IMG/VR virus record: IMGVR_UViG_3300024268_000043
Location: 13,665-77,664 of that record
From: a virus
Lineage: Duplodnaviria; Heunggongvirae; Uroviricota; Caudoviricetes
DNA length: 64,000 nucleotides
Reading direction: 5' to 3' (one strand)
This document shows positions 36,113 to 46,207 of the stretch, piece after piece. How positions within the stretch are numbered: position 1 is the first letter of the stretch; every line of letters starts with the position of its first letter. The translations under genes and the position numbers were made by a program. A model generated the notes under the pieces. It was not told the origin of the DNA, did not search any database, and saw only the letters and a program-made list of their open reading frames with translations.

Positions 36113-36668
36113 CTTTTATTACCTCTTTCATAAATTCTACTTTATCTCTTATTCCATATGGAATGTACATTCTTATTACCATTTCATCGCCGGCGAGTAT
36201 ACCTTCACGAATTTCTGTTGCCGAAATAGGTATTATTGTTCTCGGAACCTTTACAACAGAAACATCAAGGTTGTCATACCAATGAGCTCGCTCCTCTTCT
36301 TCTCCCTCATAAATAACATCGGGCATTTCTCCGGTTGCCGACCACACCTTGTCGAGTAAATAATCGCCCCAAGAAGCATCATTACTAGGATGTTCTCTAT
36401 CCGGAATGGGAACAACGTGGAGGATATGATTTTTACGACTACAAAATGTCTCGACAATCCATCGACTTCTTGTGGCGAAGTCAAAGGGATTTCTCTGTGT
36501 ACCACTCTCTTGGGCCGAGCCAACTCCTACGATCACTACTTCGCATTCATCAAACATCTTGCTGATTATGCTCGTGTGTCCAATGTGCAAAGGCTGGAAG
36601 CGACCGACATATAAACCACACTTATACTTCTTCATCTTTCTGCTCCTTCTCGGATAACTCTTTTTCAA
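36096..36668 (-). CDS. nadM: nicotinamide/nicotinate mononucleotide adenylyltransferase (archaeal/NadM type)
   Basis: GRFQPLHIGH = (H/T)xGH nucleotidyltransferase motif as in NadM-type NMNATs; the start may be the internal MKKYKCGLY. Confidence 0.7.
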   Translation of the reverse strand: MKKSYPRRSRKMKKYKCGLYVGRFQPLHIGHTSIISKMFDECEVVIVGVGSAQESGTQRNPFDFATRSRWIVETFCSRKNHILHVVPIPDREHPSNDASWGDYLLDKVWSATGEMPDVIYEGEEEERAHWYDNLDVSVVKVPRTIIPISATEIREGILAGDEMVIRMYIPYGIRDKVEFMKEVIKDVNKK

Positions 36669-36799
36669 GTTCTTTCTTTTCGTGCTGCCGTACTCTCTTG
36701 GAGGACAACCTACGATTAAACTTACTGCCCCACCAAAAAGGCATCCATCCGGTTTCTGATACCTTCTTCTTATCTTTGTTTTTCATTGATGCTCTCCAA

Positions 36800-37252
36800 T
36801 CAATAATGAATCGAATTACGAATTCTACATGTTGCATCACTCACAAGGTGTTCAGATGCTTGATAATAATAACTTGTTAACGCACTGCCCAACTGCTGAC
36901 ACATCAACTCCACCAACACCTTAGGCATTAATTCAACTATAATTTTGCTCAATTCTTCATCTGTTATTTGACTGAAAATTTTATCAACAAGAGGAGATGT
37001 AAGGTTTCGTATTTCAAGAATCAATTCATCATTAACGTGACGTCGAGTTGCATCATTCAACTCACCAGTCCAACGATTAGCGACCAGATGAGATTCTACG
37101 CAATCTTCAACTTCGTCTTGGATTTTCCTATCAATTTTTGAATTAATGTCGTAGATTTTACTTAAATCCATCTCATTGATTTTTTCATGGATCTGCTGAT
37201 TGATTGCGTCATAATCAATTTTATTGAGGTCTAATTCGATTTCAAGTTTCAT
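36800..37252 (-). CDS. hypothetical protein
   Basis: Start moved to MKLEIE, which has GGAGA RBS spacing and follows the leader motif; own promoter. Confidence 0.4.
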   Translation of the reverse strand: MKLEIELDLNKIDYDAINQQIHEKINEMDLSKIYDINSKIDRKIQDEVEDCVESHLVANRWTGELNDATRRHVNDELILEIRNLTSPLVDKIFSQITDEELSKIIVELMPKVLVELMCQQLGSALTSYYYQASEHLVSDATCRIRNSIHY

Positions 37253-37285
37253 TTTCATTCTCCAATCATTTTGTTTTGTACCTCT

Positions 37286-37313
37286 ATTATACTCACATTT
37301 TTCCAATTGTCAA
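37286..37313 (-). promoter_or_regulatory. sigma70 consensus promoter (TTGACA-16-TATAAT)
   Basis: Minus-strand TTGACAATTGGAAAAATGTGAGTATAAT; TTGTAAAC repeat upstream. Confidence 0.55.
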
Positions 37314-37478
37314 CCACTTATTCCATTTGTTTACATTTTGTTTACAATTGCACTTAAAGTGCAACTCAAATGTGCAACTTTTGCACTTTAAAAAGATTAT
37401 GAATATGCAATTATACCCCAAAGGGCGTTCCAATGGGGTACAATTTTGTCGTAAAAAGTGTATAGTTTTGGTGACGAG

Positions 37479-40400
37479 TTATTCAATAGTATAGGATGCG
37501 AGCCAAATATCTTCTCGGCTATAGTCTTGCACCCACTCTCCTTTTTCGTCTTTCTTCCACGCAGGCTTCTTTGTTGTACGGTAATTAATAATCATACCTG
37601 AGGCGACCGGATTATTCTCGTAGTCCTTCTTCTTCAACTTTACACTGACCGTCTGTCCATCATAGAGTCTATACAATGAAAGTTTGGGCGTGTATTTAGT
37701 GTTGATTTCAAGAATAATAGCTTTGGTAGGCTTGGTAGGATCTACAAGATCAATATAACCTAAAAATTCCTTCTGTGCCTCAATCTGAGCCATAACATCA
37801 AGCTCTTGGTTTGGCACCATATCACACAGCTCAGTAAGCATTGCCATCATACTCTCGGGCTCAAAACGATATTGCTTCTCGGTTTCTGAGTTAGCATACT
37901 TGGTTACGATATCAATCGGCAGACCGAGTTTCTCCTTTTTCAAAATTTTCTTTCCGTTGTATGTATCATAAAGTTCCGCTATTTTTAATAGCCTTAAACT
38001 GCCTCCAAACTCAGAAAAATAGTTTAATTTTATGAGTATGGAAAGCTGTTTGCTATTGCCCGGAAATACTGAAAGAAGGTCGGTGAAAGAATCAAAGTGT
38101 CTATCTTTCATTGCATAAAGTTGCTCTGCCATATCTGCGGATAAAAACTTTACGCTACTACAGCCTTTATATAACGAATGTGTTTCTTTATCAACCGTAT
38201 AATTCGCACCCGAATGTCTAAACTTAATAGGATGTATTTTAATATTCTTAACTCTCGCCAATTCAGTACCATATCGAATATCATCCTCATTATTGGCGTT
38301 ATTGAGATATGCTGCTATAAACTCCTCTGGATAATAATATCTCATATAAGCGCACAAATAACCAATCATACTGTATCCTGTGGAGTGGTTAAAGCCAAAC
38401 TGATAATTACTTGAGTCTTCTATAATCTGTAAGAACTCTTTGGCCTCTTGTTCTGCTACATCTCTTGGCTTAGGTGACATCTTACAATAACCCTCAAGAA
38501 TTTCTGGCATTGCCGCTTCAAGTCTATCCTTTTGCTTACGACCAATAGCACGACGCACATTATCTGCATCGCCACCTGACAGTCCGCAAATGTTCTGAAG
38601 AAATGCAATTGTATCCTCCTGGTAAATCAAAAATCCAAGATTATCTTTTAGCAATTCATCAATAATCTCTGATGGATTCTTATTTACTTCGTGGGCAAGT
38701 AGTCTATCTCTATAAGATGCTCCAGACGGACGTAGCGCGGCGTTTACCATACTCATATCATTTATCTTATGAGGAACGAACTCCTTTAGCATCTTAAATG
38801 CATAATCACCTTCGAACTGGAAGATACCGGCAGGTGCAGTAATCATATCTGCCCAAACACTTTGGTCTTCCCAGTTGATAGTGTGTGACTTGGGATACGG
38901 AATACCTGCAAGCTTACAAGTATCTTTAATAATCTCAACGTTCTTCAATCCAAGAAGGTCATACTTAACAAGCGACACCTCGTGAATTTCTTCCATATTA
39001 ATCATCATAATACGCTTGCCATCTTGCCAGAATGTACCATAGTTATCGGGTAGTGTTAAAGGTGCAACGACTATGCCTGCCGGATGCATTGACTGTGAGA
39101 TTGCCGTATTAACAAGACCATCGAAGTAATAAAAGATATCGGGATATTTCTGTCTGGTTGCGTCGGGGTTTTCTTCATATTCTTTTTTAATACGAGCAAT
39201 ATTATCAAGAGAATATGGGTTTGCACCACCAGTATGATTATCATACAATGTATTGACATATGGATTATTACCGTTATTATATTCCTCATCCCATTTTGAC
39301 GCTAATGCTCTACCTATTTCATCAATAGTACCCTTATCAGAAATAGTGCCAATAGCAAGAATGTACGCCGTCTTATCCGAACCAAACTTATCAATAATAT
39401 GTTCGTATACAAGATGTCTCTGTGTAGGAGCAATATCCACATCAATATCACCAATCTCGGTTCTATGCTCATTACAGAAACGAGAGAATACCGTATTCCA
39501 TACAATAGGATCTACATCTATAATATCCGTAATATAGGCAATAACACTACCACCCACACTACCACGACACGGTCCAATCGGAATGCCGTTATCCCAACAC
39601 CAACAAATAAGCTCAGACATAAAAAGCATAAAGCCAACCATACCAATCTTCTTAAAGACTCGCATCTCTTCACGGATTTGCTCAACATATCTTGGGTTAT
39701 TCTGAATAATGCCCTTCTTAAGTTTGTCCTTATACATCTGATTAATACGCTGCTTAAACACCCTCTCTTCATCTTCGTAGAGTTTAGGATATTTAAAACT
39801 GGTGTCAAGCTCAAATTCTTCTACCGAAGCAGCCATCACATTTGTGTTTTCAATAGCGGTCAAATACACTTTTGATGGTAAGGCTCCCTGTTTATCGAAC
39901 ATCTCAACCAATTCATCATATGACTTATAGGTTAAATCAAACTCGTCCTCGTTGGTAAAAACAATATGTTTTGCTCGCTGAAGAATAGAACGACACTCTG
40001 CTTTATATTTATCAAGGTTGTGAGTATCCGTTCCTGCGATAAGAGGCTTGTTGTGTTTTACTGACATCTGATAAAGCCATTGGTTGTATTCCTTCTGATC
40101 TTGACTGTTGATATGGGGTTGAATCTCAAGATAATCATAATACTTAATAAGGCCTTCATCCCTTAACTTATTTAAGGGTGATGCAAGACAAGCACTAATC
40201 TTAATGATGTTATTTGAAATGTTTTTAAATTCATCAAAGGTTAAACGTGGCTTGTAATAGAAGTGGTCGTCCTGAGTAGATAAATCTACAAGAGTATTTA
40301 ATTCTTGGAATCCAGCATAGTTTTTGGCAACAAGAATGGTATGGTAGTTATCACGAATCTTCTTTTTGCCCTCTTCTAACATCGCATCAAGTTCTGCCTG

Positions 40401-40688
40401 AACTTCTTTTTCATCTCTGCCTAAGTTGCTTTCATACCATTCGTCTGGAATTTCTGGATATTCATACAACTTCTCCGTAAGATAACACTCGACTCCGTGC
40501 AGATATTTAATGCCTTGCTCTTTGCAATACATCTTCTTCTCAATCCAGTTATAACAATTGCCGTGCTCGCTGAAGCAAATAGCAGTCTGACCAAGCTCTT
40601 TTGCTTTGTCCACATATAATTTAAAACTTGTACACGAGTCAAGCAAACTCAACTCTGTATGCAAATGGTATGTAACATAATTACTCAT
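37479..40688 (-). CDS. dnaE: DNA polymerase III alpha subunit
   Basis: 1069 aa; N-terminal PHP domain (HLHTELSLLDS...FSEHG), polymerase core, C-terminal OB-like region. Confidence 0.9.
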   Translation of the reverse strand: MSNYVTYHLHTELSLLDSCTSFKLYVDKAKELGQTAICFSEHGNCYNWIEKKMYCKEQGIKYLHGVECYLTEKLYEYPEIPDEWYESNLGRDEKEVQAELDAMLEEGKKKIRDNYHTILVAKNYAGFQELNTLVDLSTQDDHFYYKPRLTFDEFKNISNNIIKISACLASPLNKLRDEGLIKYYDYLEIQPHINSQDQKEYNQWLYQMSVKHNKPLIAGTDTHNLDKYKAECRSILQRAKHIVFTNEDEFDLTYKSYDELVEMFDKQGALPSKVYLTAIENTNVMAASVEEFELDTSFKYPKLYEDEERVFKQRINQMYKDKLKKGIIQNNPRYVEQIREEMRVFKKIGMVGFMLFMSELICWCWDNGIPIGPCRGSVGGSVIAYITDIIDVDPIVWNTVFSRFCNEHRTEIGDIDVDIAPTQRHLVYEHIIDKFGSDKTAYILAIGTISDKGTIDEIGRALASKWDEEYNNGNNPYVNTLYDNHTGGANPYSLDNIARIKKEYEENPDATRQKYPDIFYYFDGLVNTAISQSMHPAGIVVAPLTLPDNYGTFWQDGKRIMMINMEEIHEVSLVKYDLLGLKNVEIIKDTCKLAGIPYPKSHTINWEDQSVWADMITAPAGIFQFEGDYAFKMLKEFVPHKINDMSMVNAALRPSGASYRDRLLAHEVNKNPSEIIDELLKDNLGFLIYQEDTIAFLQNICGLSGGDADNVRRAIGRKQKDRLEAAMPEILEGYCKMSPKPRDVAEQEAKEFLQIIEDSSNYQFGFNHSTGYSMIGYLCAYMRYYYPEEFIAAYLNNANNEDDIRYGTELARVKNIKIHPIKFRHSGANYTVDKETHSLYKGCSSVKFLSADMAEQLYAMKDRHFDSFTDLLSVFPGNSKQLSILIKLNYFSEFGGSLRLLKIAELYDTYNGKKILKKEKLGLPIDIVTKYANSETEKQYRFEPESMMAMLTELCDMVPNQELDVMAQIEAQKEFLGYIDLVDPTKPTKAIILEINTKYTPKLSLYRLYDGQTVSVKLKKKDYENNPVASGMIINYRTTKKPAWKKDEKGEWVQDYSREDIWLASYTIE

Positions 40689-41485
40689 TCTTTCACCCCA
40701 TAATCATTTTGTGTTGTTATGCCGTATTCATCGAACAGATGTCTTTGTGGTGCAAAATCTCTGCCGAAATATTTAAGTTCTGCTTCTAATCTTGCCACAA
40801 CAGCATCATTTAAATCATTATATAACCCTAAGTCAATTTGTTTATAATCAACTATGATATAACTACGCCATCTTTGACGATTTTTGTTCCAGCTCACACC
40901 TGTAAAACCAGATGTGTTAGTGTTATATTTTGAATGATTTCTTCTGTTTTCTGTTTTTGATACTGCTCTTAAATTACAATCTCTATTATCTAATGGATTT
41001 CGGTTTATATGATCGTAATCTTTATATCCCAATAAGTCCGTCATTTTAATCATTCGATGTCTATCTTTGCTCCAAGCAAACAAACTTACATATCCATCTT
41101 TTTGCTTTCTTTCACACCAACAATAGTCCTTAATTTCATCATATCGACATAAATCAAAATAAAATTCGTTATTCGTATTGGATGTAAATCCAATGCCATA
41201 TTCGCCAGATAAGTCGTATGTATTACTCTTTATTTGTGCTTTTGCCGCCTTTTCTTTCTGTATGCACCCACACGACCTTGTAGGTGATTTTTTACTTGTC
41301 AAAGATGTTCCAACTATAATTTTACGTGTTTTATTGTCACAACTACATTCGCATAACCACTGAGCACTACGCTGACCACTCGGACGAATATAGTCCTCTG
41401 CGCGGCTTAACACGGTCAATCTGCCAAACACTCGACCTGTTAAATCTTCTTTAACTTTAACCATCCATCTCACCTCTCTAATCAT
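40685..41485 (-). CDS. HNH homing endonuclease with AP2 domain (paralog of 10637..11437)
   Basis: Same architecture and clear sequence similarity to the ligA-adjacent copy; its stop overlaps the dnaE start. Confidence 0.7.
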   Translation of the reverse strand: MIREVRWMVKVKEDLTGRVFGRLTVLSRAEDYIRPSGQRSAQWLCECSCDNKTRKIIVGTSLTSKKSPTRSCGCIQKEKAAKAQIKSNTYDLSGEYGIGFTSNTNNEFYFDLCRYDEIKDYCWCERKQKDGYVSLFAWSKDRHRMIKMTDLLGYKDYDHINRNPLDNRDCNLRAVSKTENRRNHSKYNTNTSGFTGVSWNKNRQRWRSYIIVDYKQIDLGLYNDLNDAVVARLEAELKYFGRDFAPQRHLFDEYGITTQNDYGVKE

Positions 41486-41560
41486 TTTGTCGTGTATAGA
41501 ATAGCACCAAAATGCGTTATTGTCAATACACTTTGGTGCTAATTTACAATTTATTTACAA

Positions 41561-42163
41561 TTAGATTTCATCATCTTCTTCTTCGGAGCCATTCACATTT
41601 AAGAATTCTGTGAATTTATCATAGGCTCGTTGCTTCAACTTGCCATCTTTGCCGTTAATTGAGTAAGTAAGATTTTTCTCAAACAATTTTGCAACATCAC
41701 GCCGGGCGTTCTCATAACCTCTAGAAAGTCCATCTCTGTATCCCTTATTAGATTTGCCCTCTCCGAGTGCAGACTTCTCCCCGTCCTGTCCACCAGAAGT
41801 TTTGTTGCGAAGCTGGTATCCATTATCAGCATTCCACTTAATCCAATATCTCTCTCTTTCATCAAGAGCTTCTTCCGCACACTCTTCAATTATCTCTACA
41901 TGATATCCATAAGGATTAGTTTCCTCGTCATAAAACTTATGCTTCTTAATGCTACAATCTATGTGTTGATAACCTGTCAGATGCTCTGCAAGTCTCTTTA
42001 AAAGGTTCTTTGCCTGTCCTACATACGCGAATTTAAATCCATTCTCATCTATGCGCCAAAATGCGTATATGCCAGATTTCTCTGATGCCGTAGGACAGAG
42101 CCTCCGTATCTTATCTTCGTTGGCTTTTCGTATAGCCATTATCTGTCTGTAATTTGGAGCCAT
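41561..42163 (-). CDS. GIY-YIG homing endonuclease
   Basis: GIYAFW...YVGQAKNL...R...E...N GIY-YIG catalytic motifs; basic C-terminal DNA-binding region; acidic tail EEEDDEI. Confidence 0.7.
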   Translation of the reverse strand: MAPNYRQIMAIRKANEDKIRRLCPTASEKSGIYAFWRIDENGFKFAYVGQAKNLLKRLAEHLTGYQHIDCSIKKHKFYDEETNPYGYHVEIIEECAEEALDERERYWIKWNADNGYQLRNKTSGGQDGEKSALGEGKSNKGYRDGLSRGYENARRDVAKLFEKNLTYSINGKDGKLKQRAYDKFTEFLNVNGSEEEDDEI

Positions 42164-42176
42164 ATCTTAGCCCTCC

Positions 42177-43784
42177 TTAATCATTTTGTTGCGTATAATC
42201 ATCAGTTGTCAACTGTAGATACTGAACCCTGCCGTATCTCGGAGAACTCAACGTGCCTACTGCGACCAACTGCTTGTCATTCTTCATCGTCTGCCAATCA
42301 TTGGTGTTCCACTTAACAATCAGAAGTCCACTCTCATCTATAACCTTTAAGTGCTTCTTGGTAGAGAATGTACTAACTTCATAGTTATTGGTTCTCACTA
42401 ATACCGTCACAGGAGGGAAGCCTTCGCCGCTTATACGGTTAATGGCATTCAGTTGTTTCACCAAATTCTCATTAATCTGGCTCGGAGTAAGTTCTATATC
42501 TGCTTCTATATTAACAGAGAACTCAACGTCCTTAAGTTCTTCCTCAATAACCTCTTTGAACTGCTCGAACTTATCTATGTCTATAAAAGCACCGGCAGCA
42601 TTGGGGTGTCCTTGACAAAGACACAACCTCGTACCATTAGCAACCTCAAGGAAGTTCTCAGTGCCCATACTTCTCATACTACCTTGATATTGTCCATCTC
42701 TCACCTTTAAGATAAATAACGGTCTCTGATACATTGCAAGGAGTTTGTTGCCGATAAGTCCTGTGATTTCCGCATCCGTATCATTGTCAAGCATAAAGAA
42801 CATACACTTTCTATCAAGTTGCGACTCGCCTTGCTCAAGCAATCCGTCAAGCATTTCTGCTACAACCTTGTTCTGCTCTTCTCTGCAATTCTTCAGATCT
42901 TTAACCAGCTCATCAATCTCGTCCTCGTCTTCTGCAAGAAAAACATTCATTGCTTTTTCATTTTGATGCATTCTCATGGCGGCATTAACCAACGGTCCAA
43001 TACTGAAACTTACCGACTGACTATCGAATGTATAGTTGCCGACCATCTTCTGCACCATAGGGTTTCTGAACTGCGCCAGCCCTCGATATGCAATATATCT
43101 ATTTTCTGGCTCTGCCATTGAACTCATATCTGCTATAAGTCCTATTGCTGCGTATGCCCATAGGTCGTCGCTATAATCAGTCAAGTTTTGGTAATCACAG
43201 TATTGTACAAATTTTAGACAAACTCCTGCACCAGACAAGAACTCATTTGGATATCCGTTTGCAGAGCTTACGAGTACGAAGTCTAATCTAGCGTCAAATA
43301 ATCTTTGCTCAGGAAGATGGTGGTCAAACACCACAAGTTTTACACCAGTATCGAGAATTCTTTTGTATACCTCCGGATTGTTGTCCAAAGAATCGACTAT
43401 AATCATTACATCAACGCCGTCAAGTAACTTCGAATTGAAGTCTTCGGCCCCGTGCTTTTTACCGTCATTGATAACACACTCAACATTTGCTCCACACTTA
43501 CGCAGATACCGTGTTATAATAGCATTGCTACTGCAACCATCTGCATCCACATCTGCAAGCACGAGGAATTTTTCTCCCATCGTGATGGCGTCATCTATAA
43601 TCCGATATGCGTCGTCAAGCCCTTTTAACTCCTCAAATGGTATCATATCGTCCTCAGTGGGCTTTAGAAAATCACTAATATCCTCTATGCCACGACTATC
43701 CAAAATAGCATCTATAATCTCAAAATCATCTTCCATCTGTCTGCCATCAATCTTGGCAGTCAAAACTTTTTCCATATATATCAC
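42177..43784 (-). CDS. RecJ-like DHH/DHHA1 single-strand exonuclease
   Basis: DHH motif (VVFDHH) and DHHA1 motif GHPNAAGAF. Confidence 0.7.
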   Translation of the reverse strand: MIYMEKVLTAKIDGRQMEDDFEIIDAILDSRGIEDISDFLKPTEDDMIPFEELKGLDDAYRIIDDAITMGEKFLVLADVDADGCSSNAIITRYLRKCGANVECVINDGKKHGAEDFNSKLLDGVDVMIIVDSLDNNPEVYKRILDTGVKLVVFDHHLPEQRLFDARLDFVLVSSANGYPNEFLSGAGVCLKFVQYCDYQNLTDYSDDLWAYAAIGLIADMSSMAEPENRYIAYRGLAQFRNPMVQKMVGNYTFDSQSVSFSIGPLVNAAMRMHQNEKAMNVFLAEDEDEIDELVKDLKNCREEQNKVVAEMLDGLLEQGESQLDRKCMFFMLDNDTDAEITGLIGNKLLAMYQRPLFILKVRDGQYQGSMRSMGTENFLEVANGTRLCLCQGHPNAAGAFIDIDKFEQFKEVIEEELKDVEFSVNIEADIELTPSQINENLVKQLNAINRISGEGFPPVTVLVRTNNYEVSTFSTKKHLKVIDESGLLIVKWNTNDWQTMKNDKQLVAVGTLSSPRYGRVQYLQLTTDDYTQQND

Positions 43785-43797
43785 TCCTGGCTTAATT

Positions 43798-44049
43798 CTA
43801 ATAACTTAAATCTCGTAATGCACGAATAATGACCTCTTCTGCCTCTTCTTTACTATATCCTTCAAGAATATCTGTAAAATAATCATAAATCAATTTCATC
43901 AAATCATGATTTTTCGCTATCTTCATATATGAATAGCGCAACGAATCCTCAAAGTCCTTACATTTATTAATACAAAAATCCTCGGATACAGAGCAAAGTG
44001 TTCTAAATGTAGAACAGTTACTTGCTTTTTCGCAATGATAACATAACAT
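43798..44049 (-). CDS. hypothetical Cys-containing protein
   Basis: ORF only. Confidence 0.35.
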   Translation of the reverse strand: MLCYHCEKASNCSTFRTLCSVSEDFCINKCKDFEDSLRYSYMKIAKNHDLMKLIYDYFTDILEGYSKEEAEEVIIRALRDLSY

Positions 44050-44052
44050 ACA

Positions 44053-44682
44053 TCATCCCTCCAACAAATCTGCATTCTCAAACACGGTGCCAATCTTCAC
44101 AATATCGTCATAGTATGAGTGATCATCGAAACCCCATCTTAAGCACTGTTCTCTGCTTTCAAGCTTACGCTTTCTATATTCATCCTTATTTGAAGTATGA
44201 TTAAAGTATGGTTCATACAAATCACGGGTCATCGGAGGTTCTCTATCATATTCTTCCTTGCCTCTTGCTTTACAAATAGACTTATTGTAATTATTCTCAA
44301 AATCAATAAGCCATCTACCATATTTAAGCATAATAACCCCTCTGAATTTCACCTTACCGTCATACTGGCTCCAATTAGACTGATATATTTCTCTATTACC
44401 CCATACTTCTACAATGTCACCCTCATAGAGTTTAGCATTACGAGTTTCATCCATAAGTACCCATTCATCAAAGCCTGTATACTGCCCAACCGACTCTGGA
44501 ATAACCGGCGTAGCATATCCATCAATGCAACCCAAATCATTCATATATGGAACGTCTATGGGATGCAACTTATCTTCATCTTGTAAAATGCAACAGTAAT
44601 CACCATAATGAATCAAGCAACCTTCCACCCATTTGTCTTCATCTCTGCACTTACCGCGAAAAATATATTCTCTCATAATCAA
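44053..44682 (-). CDS. YopX-domain phage protein
   Basis: GQYTGF...YEGDIVEV...IGTVFENADLLEG matches the YopX family pattern. Confidence 0.65.
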   Translation of the reverse strand: MIMREYIFRGKCRDEDKWVEGCLIHYGDYCCILQDEDKLHPIDVPYMNDLGCIDGYATPVIPESVGQYTGFDEWVLMDETRNAKLYEGDIVEVWGNREIYQSNWSQYDGKVKFRGVIMLKYGRWLIDFENNYNKSICKARGKEEYDREPPMTRDLYEPYFNHTSNKDEYRKRKLESREQCLRWGFDDHSYYDDIVKIGTVFENADLLEG

Positions 44683-45077
44683 TCCTCCACTTTGACTGCA
44701 AACTTATCAAAACTATCGGCACGCCACTTCGGCAAACCTAACGCCTTTTCACTCAAGTCTTTTACAAACACCCATTTAATCTTGGTGTCTGGATGAACGT
44801 CATATAAAGACGCATCATAATCCACATCGTCTATTCGACCACAAATTGTGCACACTTTGGTAGGTTGCTTAGACTCAGAAGTTCTCGGCTCACCAAGATT
44901 AAAATGATAATAGCGAGTCAGAAGAACCGTTTCATAAGTATGTTTATGCTTCGACCGAGGTTGACCCTTTTTCTTTGATTTCTTTCTATATGCCGGAATA
45001 TCGTAATCAATTAAATCTATTTTATTACTCATCCTTTTGTCTCCTCTTTGGCATAACATACAATGTGGTATGTCCAA
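44679..45077 (-). CDS. hypothetical zinc-finger protein
   Basis: CMLCQ...CTICGR. Confidence 0.4.
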   Translation of the reverse strand: MDIPHCMLCQRGDKRMSNKIDLIDYDIPAYRKKSKKKGQPRSKHKHTYETVLLTRYYHFNLGEPRTSESKQPTKVCTICGRIDDVDYDASLYDVHPDTKIKWVFVKDLSEKALGLPKWRADSFDKFAVKVED

Positions 45078-45262
45078 TCAATTTTATCTTTCTGTAACAA
45101 TGCAACTGGAATAGCATCACCTTTCATAACTCTAACTGCCTCATTTATACCGCCATAGGGCTTAAGCTTGCTCAGAGCGTGAGCATATTCACACATATCA
45201 TCGCATTCTTCTGTATATTGCTTACCATATCTATTCAAACATTCAAAACATGGATTATACAT
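45029..45262 (-). CDS. hypothetical Cys-rich protein
   Basis: ORF only. Confidence 0.35.
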   Translation of the reverse strand: MYNPCFECLNRYGKQYTEECDDMCEYAHALSKLKPYGGINEAVRVMKGDAIPVALLQKDKIDWTYHIVCYAKEETKG

Positions 45263-45542
45263 TGTCTTCTACCTCACTTTCAAGCCACATCTTCACAATC
45301 TCCTTACTGTCCGGCACATCTTCCATCTCATCAAAAAAGCGACATTTATCATAAATTTCGCAGTACGCACAACGATATTGTCTTGAATCATCTGGAGACT
45401 TGCATATAATATCTTCACAGTTCTTACAGTATTTGCGGTCAAACCATAGGCTCCAGGGTGCTGTATCATACTGCCCATTCTCGTCAAGCCACTCGGTGAA
45501 TTGGTCTATGTTAAGCGATTTTAATTTATCAAAATTATTCAT
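45255..45542 (-). CDS. hypothetical zinc-ribbon protein
   Basis: CKNCE...CAYCE. Confidence 0.4.
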   Translation of the reverse strand: MNNFDKLKSLNIDQFTEWLDENGQYDTAPWSLWFDRKYCKNCEDIICKSPDDSRQYRCAYCEIYDKCRFFDEMEDVPDSKEIVKMWLESEVEDNV

Positions 45543-45766
45543 AATTTACCTCTTAAAATTTTATTTTTATATGTTATATTGATTGTCCCATTTGATAAAT
45601 CTAATCACAGTATCAAATTGACAATACTGTTTTCCACTATATTCATACATAGCTTCGCATTTATCGCATTTGCCTTTGATGCACTCACAAGCCTTGCTTT
45701 TATAATATTCAATAGTTCCTATTGTCAGTTCGTAATCTTCCATAACTACCTCTTAAAAGTTTGTTT

Positions 45767-46207
45767 TTATTGCTCTTTCGGCTTCCACATATGACAGAAT
45801 CCATACGGATTCAATCCTACTGCTCCCCATTTTGGACAATTCAACTCGTTTTTAAATTCATCTTTAAGATGAAAACTTTCTTTTGCGTTACCGCAATTTT
45901 GACAACAACCAAATTGTGTTTTTTCAAATTCACCTACAACACCATCGCCAAGAACAATAAATCTTTCTTTAAAAAATAGCTTTGACCAAGAATCATTTAT
46001 AACAATTTGCTTTCTCAACGCTGCTTCGTGGTCTTCAGATACCCAATCATATCCATCAATGGCAGTTAACTCATCTACAGTACCTTGCGCCATAGGTGTG
46101 TAGATATATGGTTTAATTTGTTTTATATAAATTTTCATATTTAAACCTCTTAAAATTCGTATTTTATTTCTTCCCACCGAAGTAAAGCCACCAGCGTTTA
46201 ACATCAC
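45767..46207 (-). CDS. hypothetical protein
   Basis: ORF only. Confidence 0.4.
   Translation of the reverse strand: MMLNAGGFTSVGRNKIRILRGLNMKIYIKQIKPYIYTPMAQGTVDELTAIDGYDWVSEDHEAALRKQIVINDSWSKLFFKERFIVLGDGVVGEFEKTQFGCCQNCGNAKESFHLKDEFKNELNCPKWGAVGLNPYGFCHMWKPKEQ

Noticed and set aside
36622-36840. 72-aa ORF overlapping the nadM start and the next gene
   Set aside because: It largely overlaps two better-supported genes. It is basic and low-complexity, with no leader or RBS, and is probably spurious.
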